Source: a virus
Lineage: Duplodnaviria; Caudoviricetes
Virus record (IMG/VR): IMGVR_UViG_3300031566_000026
Span: 1 to 63,365 of that record
Reading direction: 5' to 3' (one strand)
DNA length: 63,365 nucleotides
The notes beneath the pieces are model-generated. The model was not told the origin of the DNA. It did no database searches and worked only from the letters and a program-made list of their open reading frames with translations. The translations under genes were made by a program, and so were the position numbers. The first letter of the stretch is position 1. Each line of letters opens with the position of its first letter. Shown here in pieces: positions 28,661-38,498 of this stretch.

Positions 28661-29110
28661 CTACGCCTTCAGCGCGCAGTGCGCCGTGTACGTGATGCCC
28701 GTGTTCGTGCCGGTGATGATGTTGTAGAGCCGCAGGTACTGATACGCGGTACCGTTCTGCTCGTTGGTGAACGCGATCTCGTAGTGGCCGACCACGTCCA
28801 GGGCCGCCCCGTCCCCGCGGGTCGTGTGCCCACCGGCAGAGCCGACGGACAACTGGCCGAGGTTCTGGATCGCCGCGCCGAACGTGGAGCTGCTCGAGCC
28901 CTGGACTACGATGTCGTCCAGCTCGTCGTTGTCGCCAACGTCCATCACGGTGATGTCCACCATCACCCGCCCGTCGATGCGGACTGCCGCGCCGAGGTTG
29001 ATGATCTTGGCGGCTGCCCCGACTTCTGCGGGCGCGGACGCGGCGCACAGCACCCCGTCGCTCATCAGCATCGCATAGTCGAAGGTTGCGTCCTTCATGT
29101 TCCTGGTCAT
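28661..29110 (-). CDS. capsid cement/decoration-like protein
   Basis: Position after the capsid genes; beta-rich; YQYLRLY motif. Confidence 0.6.
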   Translation of the reverse strand: MTRNMKDATFDYAMLMSDGVLCAASAPAEVGAAAKIINLGAAVRIDGRVMVDITVMDVGDNDELDDIVVQGSSSSTFGAAIQNLGQLSVGSAGGHTTRGDGAALDVVGHYEIAFTNEQNGTAYQYLRLYNIITGTNTGITYTAHCALKA

Positions 29111-29189
29111 GGCCTGCGTCCTCCGTCAGAAGTAAGTGCGAGGACCCACCCCGCGTCTGGCACGTCTCCGTGTCACCGTGCTTGTCCTG

Positions 29190-29219
29190 CCCGGGGGCGA
29201 GCGCAATGCCCGCCCCCGG
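29190..29219. terminator. GC hairpin after the decoration gene
   Basis: CCGGGGGCGAGC...GCCCGCCCCCGG. Confidence 0.45.
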
Positions 29220-29229
29220 TTTCCTAGCC

Positions 29230-30669
29230 TTACGTCAGTACTGCCGGAGGTGCAGCCGTGACCGGCAGGTCGTAGAAGTTGAACGCCGCCGCATTCGCGG
29301 CACCTGCGCCAACAGCGATGTTCGAGGTGTTCGCTGTCCAAGCGACACCAGCGTTGCACTGGACGGTGAGGTACCCGAGCTGCGTGTTGAGGGCGGTCAC
29401 GGCAGGAAGCGCCGCGATGGCCGCAGCCTCGTCCGCGTAGTTCTGATCCGCAGCCGGGCTCACGGTCGAAACCACACCGGGGTCCGTCGTCTGGATCAGC
29501 CAGATGCCCCACCACGATCCGCCGTTCGGGGTGACGTTGATCGTGTCAGCCGCCGAGAAGGCGATGGGGTCTTCCGCCACCTTGGAATAGTGCAGGCCCG
29601 CGCGCCGGAAGATCGTGGTGGTTGTGGTCTGGAACGATGTGGTCGGCGCACCCGATACCAAGAGGGTTGCGATGGTCGCCATCCCATCCGCGATGTAGCT
29701 GCGGATGCCGTTGAGCCACGTCAGCAGCGCAGCGGCGAAGTTTGTGCTCTGGATCACCGGCGTGAGCACCTGCACGTACACGTCCAGCGCTCCAGCCGTA
29801 CCGGCTGCCGTGATGGTCGCCCGCACGTTTTCAGCCGCAGGGATGCGGATGAGCCGCGACGCGCGATCACCGATGATCCACGCACCGGCCATGAAGTCGT
29901 CCACCACGCTGTTGATGACGTTCGTGGTGCCGATGTCGATGTCCGGCCCGCCCGCAGCGGCCTCCGTGGCCACCACGGTCACCAGCGCCAGCCGCTCGTG
30001 CGTGGCGTCGGCTGCCAGGATCTCCAGCGGCGACCCGGCGGCATGGTCCACCGCCACCGCTGCCACCGTGTTGTAGCCCAGCGCAACGGCGGGTATCGTT
30101 CTGCCGATGACCGCATTGTCCGCGATAATCGGGGCCGTCACGCACTTGGCCTGCAGCTCGTTCGTGCCGATGTCGTACCCGCCCTGGCGCACGGTCCACA
30201 TGATCTGCCCGAGGGTCGCCGACTTCACCGCGATGCGCCCAACGATCTGGATAATCGAGTCCGCCGCAGTCGGAGCCGTCAGCGTCCAGCCGCCTGCCGT
30301 CTCGGACAGGTAGACGGGATCGTCTACCGTGCCCGCGTTGGTGTTCAGCGTCGCCACGCTCAGCCCGCTTGTGTAGGCGAGCCCCGTTGCCCCGGCCAGC
30401 AGGGCATTCGGCAGGTAGAACAACGCGGCAGCACTGTCCACGTTGGCGTCGGCCAGGGCGACTTCACTTACCCCGCCCGTTACCCCGGTCACGTAGACCA
30501 GCGCGTCGCGCGCCATGTCCACGCCCGTGTTGTTCACTACTACAGTGGCCTCGCCAGCGCCGCCGGGGCCAACAAGGACCCCCTGCTGCACCTCCACGTC
30601 CACGTCCTGGCGAGCCCGTCGTCCGGTCCCGGTATCCACCCACCCGGGGAACGTCACAGTCTGCGTCAT
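29230..30669 (-). CDS. head decoration / head fibre protein
   Basis: Ala/Thr/Val-rich; DPVYLSETAGGWTLTAPT...QIVGR motif. Confidence 0.65.
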   Translation of the reverse strand: MTQTVTFPGWVDTGTGRRARQDVDVEVQQGVLVGPGGAGEATVVVNNTGVDMARDALVYVTGVTGGVSEVALADANVDSAAALFYLPNALLAGATGLAYTSGLSVATLNTNAGTVDDPVYLSETAGGWTLTAPTAADSIIQIVGRIAVKSATLGQIMWTVRQGGYDIGTNELQAKCVTAPIIADNAVIGRTIPAVALGYNTVAAVAVDHAAGSPLEILAADATHERLALVTVVATEAAAGGPDIDIGTTNVINSVVDDFMAGAWIIGDRASRLIRIPAAENVRATITAAGTAGALDVYVQVLTPVIQSTNFAAALLTWLNGIRSYIADGMATIATLLVSGAPTTSFQTTTTTIFRRAGLHYSKVAEDPIAFSAADTINVTPNGGSWWGIWLIQTTDPGVVSTVSPAADQNYADEAAAIAALPAVTALNTQLGYLTVQCNAGVAWTANTSNIAVGAGAANAAAFNFYDLPVTAAPPAVLT

Positions 30670-30681
30670 GGGAATCTCCTT

Positions 30682-31185
30682 TCAGCCAGTGTTTGAAATG
30701 GGTCCGCGCCGGTTCAGAACACTCAACCGACGCTTGATGTCTTCGCGTTCGATGACCACGTCAGGATCAAGTGCTGGCGCTCCGCCCCGGATGTGCAGAT
30801 AGGGCTTCTGCGTGCGCCCGATCCCCCGGAACTCAAGCGCCAGCCGTGCCTGATCCCGCTTGATGACCAGATACGGAAGCACGGCCCGCAGTACTACCTC
30901 TGCCTGATGGCCATAGACCACCCAATCGTACCGGGTCGCCCACTTCCCCGGGTTCGTGTTCCGGCTCATCTGTCGCCCACTGCCGAACGTGTCGATCAGC
31001 CAAACCATGAGCGCTTCGCTCGTGTTGGTGACCGACATGCGCAGCGCGTGCGACACGTTCCGGGAGTTCGGGGCCTTGGTGGAGGTGATGTTGATAGAAC
31101 CTTCACCATCAATAATCCCCGCCAGATACGCCAAGAGCGCGGGATCATCCGGTAAGACCGTGCGAGGCAACCGCGGGCCGCCCAT
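30682..31185 (-). CDS. free-standing LAGLIDADG homing endonuclease
   Basis: LAYLAGIIDGEGSI, VTNTS, LPYLVIKRDQA motifs. Confidence 0.88.
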   Translation of the reverse strand: MGGPRLPRTVLPDDPALLAYLAGIIDGEGSINITSTKAPNSRNVSHALRMSVTNTSEALMVWLIDTFGSGRQMSRNTNPGKWATRYDWVVYGHQAEVVLRAVLPYLVIKRDQARLALEFRGIGRTQKPYLHIRGGAPALDPDVVIEREDIKRRLSVLNRRGPISNTG

Positions 31186-31187
31186 GT

Positions 31188-32132
31188 TCAAACCACCACT
31201 GCGGCATTGCTGATTCCGCCGAGGCGCGCAGCGGCGCGGCCGTGCTCGATGCACAGCCCGGCGAACCACTCGACCCGCGTGCGGAACAGCGGGCTGTCGT
31301 CCAGCTCCCCGAGGTCACGCACGTCCATGATGCCGTTCTGGATGCCGGTCACCAGGCCATCGCCGAACCCGACGCAGTAGATCGACGTCGAGGTGGCACC
31401 GCCCGGCGTCCCGAGGATGTCGCCTTCCTCGTCGAACAGCAGCGGCTCGGTGCCGCCGTTGTCGCTGTACGCCACGAGGATCGGGATGTCGTTGTACCGG
31501 GTCACCCGACGGCCGAACGCGTCCAGGTCGTAGGTGATGTATCCGCCCACCGTCGCCAGGCGTGCGGCGGCGCTCAGGCGCCGGCGGATCGTCCGGTTCA
31601 TGATGAGGGCGGAAGGCTGCGTCACCGCGTCGACCAGCTCGTCCAGCTTGGCGAGTGAGAGCGCATCGCCAGCGTCCGTGGTGCCAGCAGCGATGAGCTG
31701 CGTGCCGGTCAGCCGCGCCTGCAGCCCGTCGAACTCGCGCGGCTGCGTGGCGCTGTCGCCCTTGATGATGACGCGCGTCAGCTCAGCAGCCAGCGCCTTC
31801 ACCTTCATCTCCTCATGTGCGGCCCGCACCGCGGAGCCGCCCGTGCGCATGATGAAGGTGTCCACATCCAGGTCGCCGCCGCAGATCCTCAGCGACTCGA
31901 CCAGCGGGTTGATCGTACCGGTGCTCGCCGTGTAGCTCTCGTTCACGCCCCGGAACGCGACGGCGGGCAGCGAGCCCTCTCGGTTGTAGGCGTAGGCGTT
32001 GCCCGCGATGTCCTTCATGGGCAGCGCCATCAGAATATCGGAAGCCCGTGCGAACATGCTGATGACGGAGGCGCGAATAGTCTCGCCCCCATTGGCCATG
32101 AGCTTCGCGGCCTCTACCAAGGTGAGTGACAT
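31188..32132 (-). CDS. major capsid protein (HK97 fold)
   Basis: MSLTLVEAAK, AFRGVNE, EFDGLQARL, RTRVEWFAG motifs. Confidence 0.9.
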   Translation of the reverse strand: MSLTLVEAAKLMANGGETIRASVISMFARASDILMALPMKDIAGNAYAYNREGSLPAVAFRGVNESYTASTGTINPLVESLRICGGDLDVDTFIMRTGGSAVRAAHEEMKVKALAAELTRVIIKGDSATQPREFDGLQARLTGTQLIAAGTTDAGDALSLAKLDELVDAVTQPSALIMNRTIRRRLSAAARLATVGGYITYDLDAFGRRVTRYNDIPILVAYSDNGGTEPLLFDEEGDILGTPGGATSTSIYCVGFGDGLVTGIQNGIMDVRDLGELDDSPLFRTRVEWFAGLCIEHGRAAARLGGISNAAVVV

Positions 32133-32139
32133 TGTCGTG

Positions 32140-32400
32140 CCCTCGTGGTCAGATGGTTAGCCTTGATGGCCTCCACCCTCTCGGGCCCGACAACGTGCGG
32201 TGAAACCGAGGGGATTCGGCCCTTCCTGTTCACCAACCCCGCGCGCTCGGAGGATCCCCCTCTGGCACTCAGGTTGGGCCGAATCCCTCGGTCCACTACC
32301 GTCACTCGCCCTGTCACCGCGGTATCCCACCGCGGGAGCGATTCTATCGGCGATCGCTCGACTGCTGCCGTTACCCGGCCAGGATCCCCCCGGCCGCCCT
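32140..32400 (-). promoter_or_regulatory. structured capsid leader with three GGGAU-loop hairpins
   Basis: CGGCCGGG-GGGAT-CCTGGCCG, CCGCGGT-GGGAT-ACCGCGG, GAGG-GGGAT-CCTC plus a long flanking stem. Confidence 0.55.
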
Positions 32401-32404
32401 GTCC

Positions 32405-33115
32405 CTACTGGTGTGCCGCTGCCCGCGCAGCCGTCGCGGCTGCCGCAGGGTTCCTCAGCACGTCATCCACCGTGGTGCCGCCCACCGGCTTGCCGTCAGC
32501 CGTGTACGCCCCACCCGTCCCGCCGCCCGCTGCCATCGAGCCCCGGAAGAACTCCGGGAACCGCTTCTTCAGCTCCGTCCTGGCGAACTGGTCGATCGTC
32601 ATGCCCGGGTGGTTCACCAGCTTCGGCTTCCCGTCCTCGGTCAGATCGTACTCGTGCGACGTCAGGATGAACAGCGCATCCACCCGCTCATGCCGAACCT
32701 CGGCATCGAGCAACTGCTTCTTGACCTTGGTGTCCAGCTTCAGCACCCGGTTCTCTTGATGGACTCCCTTCAGCGCGTCGATCTCCGCCTGCTTGCGCTC
32801 CAGCTCTTCGGCGCTCTCGGCCTGGAGGTCCTTGCGCACCTGGGAGCGCAACTCCTTCAGCGCCGCCTCCGTGATGCCTGCCGTCTTGGCCGTGAGCTGG
32901 TCAGCCAACTCCTTCGCCAACTTCTCCGCGGCCTTGCGCTTGTCCTCTTCCGTCTTGGTGGCCGCGCGTTCCTTCTCGATGGCAGCGCGCAGTTCCTTGT
33001 GATCGTCTGCTGCTACCGCCGCCGCCTTCGTCACTACCTTGCCTTCCTTCTCCTCATACAACTCCCGGAACGGCTCCGGTACGTCCTCGAGCTTCGCGAA
33101 TTCTGGCAGTGCCAT
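32405..33115 (-). CDS. capsid scaffolding protein
   Basis: LEDVPEPFRELYEEK start, coiled coil, FF...GGG tail. Confidence 0.85.
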   Translation of the reverse strand: MALPEFAKLEDVPEPFRELYEEKEGKVVTKAAAVAADDHKELRAAIEKERAATKTEEDKRKAAEKLAKELADQLTAKTAGITEAALKELRSQVRKDLQAESAEELERKQAEIDALKGVHQENRVLKLDTKVKKQLLDAEVRHERVDALFILTSHEYDLTEDGKPKLVNHPGMTIDQFARTELKKRFPEFFRGSMAAGGGTGGAYTADGKPVGGTTVDDVLRNPAAAATAARAAAHQ

Positions 33116-33166
33116 CGGTCTCTCCTCAAATGCGGCTCGCGCGTGCGACGCGCCTCAACTGAGCCT

Positions 33167-33195
33167 AGTTTAACCCTATACCCTTCAAGCGTAAA
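33167..33195 (-). promoter_or_regulatory. sigma70-like promoter for scaffold/capsid
   Basis: TTTACG-N17-TAAACT in an AT-rich gap. Confidence 0.6.
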
Positions 33196-33207
33196 GACTT
33201 TGATGCT

Positions 33208-33405
33208 TCAACTACTTGCTCCCGTGGTGGGAGCCCCAGGTTCGGCTTCACTTACCGGCTCGAATCTGATGCCACTATCTCCCGGGTACGGTTCCGTGTG
33301 GTCGTGCTCACCCGTAATGATCTGTTCGGGGATTCCGTCCGGAAACGCTTCGCACTCCGACAGGCCCAGGTAGTGCTTGCATGAAGGGCACTGATAACTG
33401 GTCAT
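33208..33405 (-). CDS. small Cys/His-rich protein coupled to MuF
   Basis: CPSCKH...CEAFPDGIP...HDHTEPYPGD; ATGA overlap. Confidence 0.75.
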   Translation of the reverse strand: MTSYQCPSCKHYLGLSECEAFPDGIPEQIITGEHDHTEPYPGDSGIRFEPVSEAEPGAPTTGASS

Positions 33406-35216
33406 TTTCCGAGCCCCCTCGTTACCTCCATGAACGCCTCCAGGATCTTCGCCGGTATCTCCGACTGCCTACCTTCGGCCACGAGCGCGCCCACCTCAGC
33501 AAACAACTCGGTTGCGCTACTCGCACCGTACTCCGACACAGCGTATGCCTCCAGTGACCCGGCACCCGTCCCACGCTTCGCCAGCGCCGTCCTCCATTCG
33601 TTTTCAAGCCGGTACCGGAAATAGACGGTGTGGCTTACTTCATGGGCTACGGTCGAACGGAACGGAACGCTCGACCCTTCGCCAACTGTCCACCGGGTAG
33701 CGACCCGCAACGAAGCTAGTTTCTTCTCGTTAAAGGGGCGAATGGCGAACCTCTTGGGATCTGCCAGGTTCGCTTCGGCTTTCTTGAGCGCAGCCGCGTG
33801 ACTGAGGCCGTAAGTCACCTTCGCCTGCGCGTGCTCCTTCGCGAGGTTCCGCACGTAGGTCTTCTGCAATGCAACGGCGGTATCTCCGTTTCTCCTATCT
33901 ATCGCAATAGCCCAAGCCCGCCGCTGTCTTTTTGTGGTCTTGAACCCGATCTCATTCACTACATGGCCATACGGCACCGCCGCATTGTGGGCGCCTTCCA
34001 TGAGGGCCTGTAGGTCTTCCAACTTCACCGCCGCCACTAGGTCCGGGTCAAGGTCTCGGATGAATGTCCGGGAGAACGCCACGGCTTCTTCCTTTGTGGC
34101 GAACTTCGGCACTCTGCCGCTCACCGGACGCGACTCCTCAACGACTGCCTCTTCCACGGGCGGTATATGTGGCTGTACAGGAACGGCGGGCGGAGCGACC
34201 GGGGGCACCGGGGCCTGTCCCTGGACGGAACGCGGGCCCTGGCCAGCGCCGAACCGCTCGCCCGTCGCGTCCTCGAATAGGATTTCAAAACAGCGGCACC
34301 CAAATTCGCTTTCACCTACCACCATTTCACCGGAACTATAGAGTTCGTCGAAACGCCGCACCTCGCCGTCCCATTCCACATGCTCGTCCCGCACCTTGCC
34401 GTCCCTCATGCTCACGCGCTGCTTCCACAGGTTCGCCCGGTCCACTACGCCCTTGCCTATCGCGTCCTCCCAGGCCAGCCGCTGCCCTGCCCTCTGTGCG
34501 TCGTTCGCCAGCGTGCGTGCCTGTGTGTTGGCGTTGAACGCGACCATCTTACGGCGGTACGCGTCCCCCATCGTCTTGATCTGTGCCTCGCTCAGCCCCT
34601 TGCCACCTGGACCTAGTAGGCGGTTCAGCGTCGCGTCGTAGCGCTTGTCCCTCAGTGCGCGGGAGAGCGCCGTTCGGTCTCCGGCCCGAAGCATCTCCTC
34701 GAAGTGCCTGACCGCCTGCTCCTGGTTCGGGGCCAGCCCGATGCTGTCGCGTAGGGTCTTGGCGATCGCCTTCGAGCCCTTGCCTGCCTCCATCCCGGCC
34801 TTCACCACCTGGCGCATGGTGGCCGCGGCGTCCTTCGTGAGTTGGTCCGTCGCCCGGGACTTCATCGTCACCATCGCAGCGGCGATGCGCGGGTTCGACA
34901 GGTCGATGCCCAGCTTCACCGCCGCTCGTGCGTCGCGGGGCAGCTCCACTGCATACTGCCGTGCGCTCCGTAGCGTGATGTCCTGCGCTCCGGTGCCTAC
35001 GCCCGTCAGTGCCTGCTTGAACCATGGCTCATGTGTCAGGGCCGACGCCACTCGCTCAGCCGATGCCCCGCTCTTCAGTAGCGCCCCGATCTCCGCGTCC
35101 GTCATGCTGGTGCGCATGATCTCGTACGCACGCAGGATACGCCCAGCCATCGCGGGCTTGAACGTGGCCGCGTAGCGCTCCAGGCGTGCGAGCAGGAGGT
35201 CGGTGGCGGTACTCAT
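33402..35216 (-). CDS. MuF/gp7-like head morphogenesis protein with C-terminal HExxH metallopeptidase domain
   Basis: DGKVRDEH...GCRC MuF-type core; C-terminal AHEVSH...SEYG...ELFAE. Confidence 0.8.
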   Translation of the reverse strand: MSTATDLLLARLERYAATFKPAMAGRILRAYEIMRTSMTDAEIGALLKSGASAERVASALTHEPWFKQALTGVGTGAQDITLRSARQYAVELPRDARAAVKLGIDLSNPRIAAAMVTMKSRATDQLTKDAAATMRQVVKAGMEAGKGSKAIAKTLRDSIGLAPNQEQAVRHFEEMLRAGDRTALSRALRDKRYDATLNRLLGPGGKGLSEAQIKTMGDAYRRKMVAFNANTQARTLANDAQRAGQRLAWEDAIGKGVVDRANLWKQRVSMRDGKVRDEHVEWDGEVRRFDELYSSGEMVVGESEFGCRCFEILFEDATGERFGAGQGPRSVQGQAPVPPVAPPAVPVQPHIPPVEEAVVEESRPVSGRVPKFATKEEAVAFSRTFIRDLDPDLVAAVKLEDLQALMEGAHNAAVPYGHVVNEIGFKTTKRQRRAWAIAIDRRNGDTAVALQKTYVRNLAKEHAQAKVTYGLSHAAALKKAEANLADPKRFAIRPFNEKKLASLRVATRWTVGEGSSVPFRSTVAHEVSHTVYFRYRLENEWRTALAKRGTGAGSLEAYAVSEYGASSATELFAEVGALVAEGRQSEIPAKILEAFMEVTRGLGK

Positions 35217-35217
35217 G

Positions 35218-36735
35218 CTACAGGGTCCTCGCCCCCCAGATGATCACGCTGTCTCCGGCCTGTAGGATTGGGGCACCCGGTGCCATTTCTGATCGCGGCG
35301 ATCGCGCCATGAACCGCATACCACACTTGGGGCATGGGGTGCTGTACCATCTGTGATATACCCTGACCCGCACTTCGGCCGGGACCTCATGGCCACATCT
35401 CATGCACTTGAAGGCAAGGGCGTTCCCTTTAGGATACAGGACACCCCTCGACCGGGTGCGTCGCCAACCTAGCGATCTGAGAATGCGTCTGAAAATGTTC
35501 ATGATTCCTCCCGTGCAAGAGGTGGCACTGCTCATTCAGGACACGGAGGCAGCGAAGGCGATGGCCATACGTTTGGCGTCGTTCAGAGTGAGCGCCTTGA
35601 ATCCCACCGGCAACACGTTGTCGTCAGGGTGATCCTTCAGGTACTCGTCCGTCCACCCAGACGTGGCGCACAGATCGCCCTCTTCCACCACGTCACCGAT
35701 CCCAAACCCGAAGATCGCCCGGTGCGACCATCCGTACCACTTCTGCTCCCGTTCGCTGAAGCCGACCGAACAGGTGTTACTCGTGCCCGTGCGTAGTTCG
35801 GGTCGGATGCCCCGCAAGACACAGAGTCGGTGGGCGTCCCTCAGCGTTCCGATGTACGCCCCATCCGGCGTTGTCGCCCACCGCATCGGCGTCCAATGGT
35901 CACCCTCACCACGCCGCCACTTCCCAGTATGGGCGTCGTAGCCAGCCTTGTAATGCGTGGTGCGTTCGATTTCCTGTTCCATGATGCTTTCCTCCCGTGC
36001 AAGAGAAGATCCTACACTCATCCTAGATGCTTCAATTCGACTTCGTTCCCCTCGAAGAGCGGGGCCCAGCCCCTACCGTCGGAGGACCAGCGGAACCCGC
36101 GCAGCGCCCAATTCAGGACCGGCACACAGGCGCGGGCAGGGAGCCCCAACCAGACTAGTGGAGGCAGACACTTCGTCGCCAGCCGCCAGCGCCAGCCGAT
36201 CTTGAGCCGGATGGTGATCGTGAGATTGTCGATGTTCGCCATCGTCATTCCTCCTTGCACCTATTGGCTGCGCTCCACGCCTCAGTTTCTGCGGCAGCAT
36301 CCCGATAGTCCTGTTCCCGCTCCATCAGTTCCGCATACTCGCCCACGTCATGCCCGGCCTCGTGGTAGTACTTCATGGCGATGGCGTAGTGTTGGCCGTC
36401 GTCCAGGTATACGTCGCCTTCCTTCGGCGTAGTGAGGGCGGCGCAGACAGCAATGAGCACGTACTTCCCGTCAGCACCTCGAACCCTACGCAGGCGCATC
36501 GCCATCGCTATCCCTCCTCAGGTGCCCAGCAGAACGTCGCCGGTGGCTCGCCCTGCGCTACGTACGCCCCCACCCGCTCGTATCCGTCTGAGGGCTCGCC
36601 AGGGCCCGGTACGGGGCCCAACGGCTGAAGGAATGCCGCCGGCGTCATGCGCGTCAGTATGATGGTCCGCACCGTGTCGTCCAGGTTCGCGCGGTCACCG
36701 TCGAATGGGCCGCCGCCCGTCAGTTCTACGATCAT
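35218..36735 (-). other. five small accessory ORFs between portal and MuF (35218-35502, 35536-35982, 36018-36260, 36245-36505, 36508-36735)
   Basis: Tightly packed ORFs with SD sites; one Zn-ribbon; one with the KWYGWSHRAIFGF phage motif. Confidence 0.65.
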
Positions 36736-36739
36736 CGTC

Positions 36740-38431
36740 CTAGTTCCCCCCGGTCAGATCGATGCCTTCCTCCTCATCGGCCACTGCTTGCTTCTGTCCG
36801 GGTGGCAGGGTGGGCGGGCGTGCTGCCTGTGCAGATGCCAGCTTGGCAGCGATCTCCGCCTTCGCGGCCATGGCACCCAGGATCTCCATCTCCAGCGCGT
36901 CGATGTCCGTGTCAGGCGGCAACCGGCCGCCTGCCTTCCATGCCTCCAGCAGCACCCGGGGCGGCACGTCCGCGTTCTTCACGGCCTGTACCCACACGCT
37001 CATGACGCCCGCTTCCATGGCGATGGCATCGTAGTCGCGGTTGATCCTCAGCTCAGGTACCCCGTCCTTCGGGATGTCCATGTACCAGCCGTGGATCTCG
37101 AAGGCGTAGTTCGCGCAGTCCTCGATGCCCTGCGAGGCAGTCGCCAGCGTTGAGTTTTCTGCCGTGGCGTCCAGTCGCTTCGCCTCTGCCGTCTCTGCTG
37201 TGCGTTTGTCCCGTGCCAGGAAGCTCATGCCCAGCGCGGCCATCGCCTCCATCTTCTCCTCGCAGCCGGCGATCAGTGGCTCGAATGCCTCGACCGGCGG
37301 GGCCACGTACTTGAACTCGGCCGGCGCCTCCCCGTCCGCGCTCAGGTGGACGACGACCAGAGGCCCGAAGCGCATCCTGCCGGGCACCATCCCCGGGTTG
37401 CCCGCCGCGTCCACGCCCTTCTCCTCATCCAAATTCCCGAGTAGTGAGGGCTGAGGGAAGGCGGCCAGCTCACGGTAGAACCGTAGATTCGACGCCTGCT
37501 GCCAGTGGCCCAGGTTCGCCCATGCCACGCCTAGCAGCGGGATGCTGGCTACCAGTGGGTCGCCCTCGGGCTTGCCCACCGTGGCCACTGCTACAGGCAG
37601 GAACGGCATCGCCAGCCCCTTCACGCTCCGGTACGCCCCCCGGTCTGTCACGCGGAATTGTTCCGGGGTCGCTGGGTTCGGCACCGTCGCCTCCCAGACC
37701 TCCCACAGTGCCTGTGGCTCGGCGGGTGTGCCGTCCATGTTTGGCTGTGCGCCCTCGGGTACCGCCAGGAAGATCCGGCGCCAACGTGTCTTCTTCTCGA
37801 TGCCGAAGGTGCCGGCCGCCGTTACGCTCGGCTCTGCCAATACGATCTGCGTCAACGTCTGCCGGTTGTTTACCGTATCGTAGCGCCACGACAGTATGTT
37901 CTCTCTGGGATAGCTGGCCCACCGCGGCCTCAGTCCCAGCCGCTCGTCCATGTCAGCTGTGACCTGGACAGGCTTGCCCTTCTCGTTCACCGGCGGCTTC
38001 GGATGGTCAACTACGATCACCCCGGTGCCGTCCCGGATCGTCGCCTCGGCGAATCGCTTCAGGAATACGTCGCCCTTGGTGCCCGCTCCGTCGATGTTGT
38101 CCCAGTGCTCTTCGATGCGCGCGGCTCCCTGGTTCCAAGTGATCTCGGGTGGCCGACTGAATAGCATCCCCACTGCGGCGCTCAATGTTCGGCCCAGCCC
38201 CTCGAAGACCTGCTCACAGCGCGACCGGATCTTGTAGACGTCCTCGTCCTCGTCCGCCCATATCCGGATATACAGTCGCGCCTTTCGCCACATGCGGCGG
38301 GTGCCGGCCAGCAGGTCCTCCATCAACGTCAGGTCCAGTAGCCGGTCCGTCAACTCGGGTCGGACGTACGTGGGTAGGTTGGTCGAGACTTTGGTGTCTG
38401 CCGATGCGGCTGTTGTCGGGATGGTGGCCAT
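36740..38431 (-). CDS. portal protein (DUF4055-like)
   Basis: DLLAGTRRM, NIDGAG, ENILSWR, ETAEAKRLD motifs; position after the terminase. Confidence 0.85.
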   Translation of the reverse strand: MATIPTTAASADTKVSTNLPTYVRPELTDRLLDLTLMEDLLAGTRRMWRKARLYIRIWADEDEDVYKIRSRCEQVFEGLGRTLSAAVGMLFSRPPEITWNQGAARIEEHWDNIDGAGTKGDVFLKRFAEATIRDGTGVIVVDHPKPPVNEKGKPVQVTADMDERLGLRPRWASYPRENILSWRYDTVNNRQTLTQIVLAEPSVTAAGTFGIEKKTRWRRIFLAVPEGAQPNMDGTPAEPQALWEVWEATVPNPATPEQFRVTDRGAYRSVKGLAMPFLPVAVATVGKPEGDPLVASIPLLGVAWANLGHWQQASNLRFYRELAAFPQPSLLGNLDEEKGVDAAGNPGMVPGRMRFGPLVVVHLSADGEAPAEFKYVAPPVEAFEPLIAGCEEKMEAMAALGMSFLARDKRTAETAEAKRLDATAENSTLATASQGIEDCANYAFEIHGWYMDIPKDGVPELRINRDYDAIAMEAGVMSVWVQAVKNADVPPRVLLEAWKAGGRLPPDTDIDALEMEILGAMAAKAEIAAKLASAQAARPPTLPPGQKQAVADEEEGIDLTGGN

Positions 38432-38498
38432 GCGGTTCCCCTCTATACGTAGATGCTTGCTTGCTCTGCCCTGACCATATGGATGCGGGAGGCGTAGC

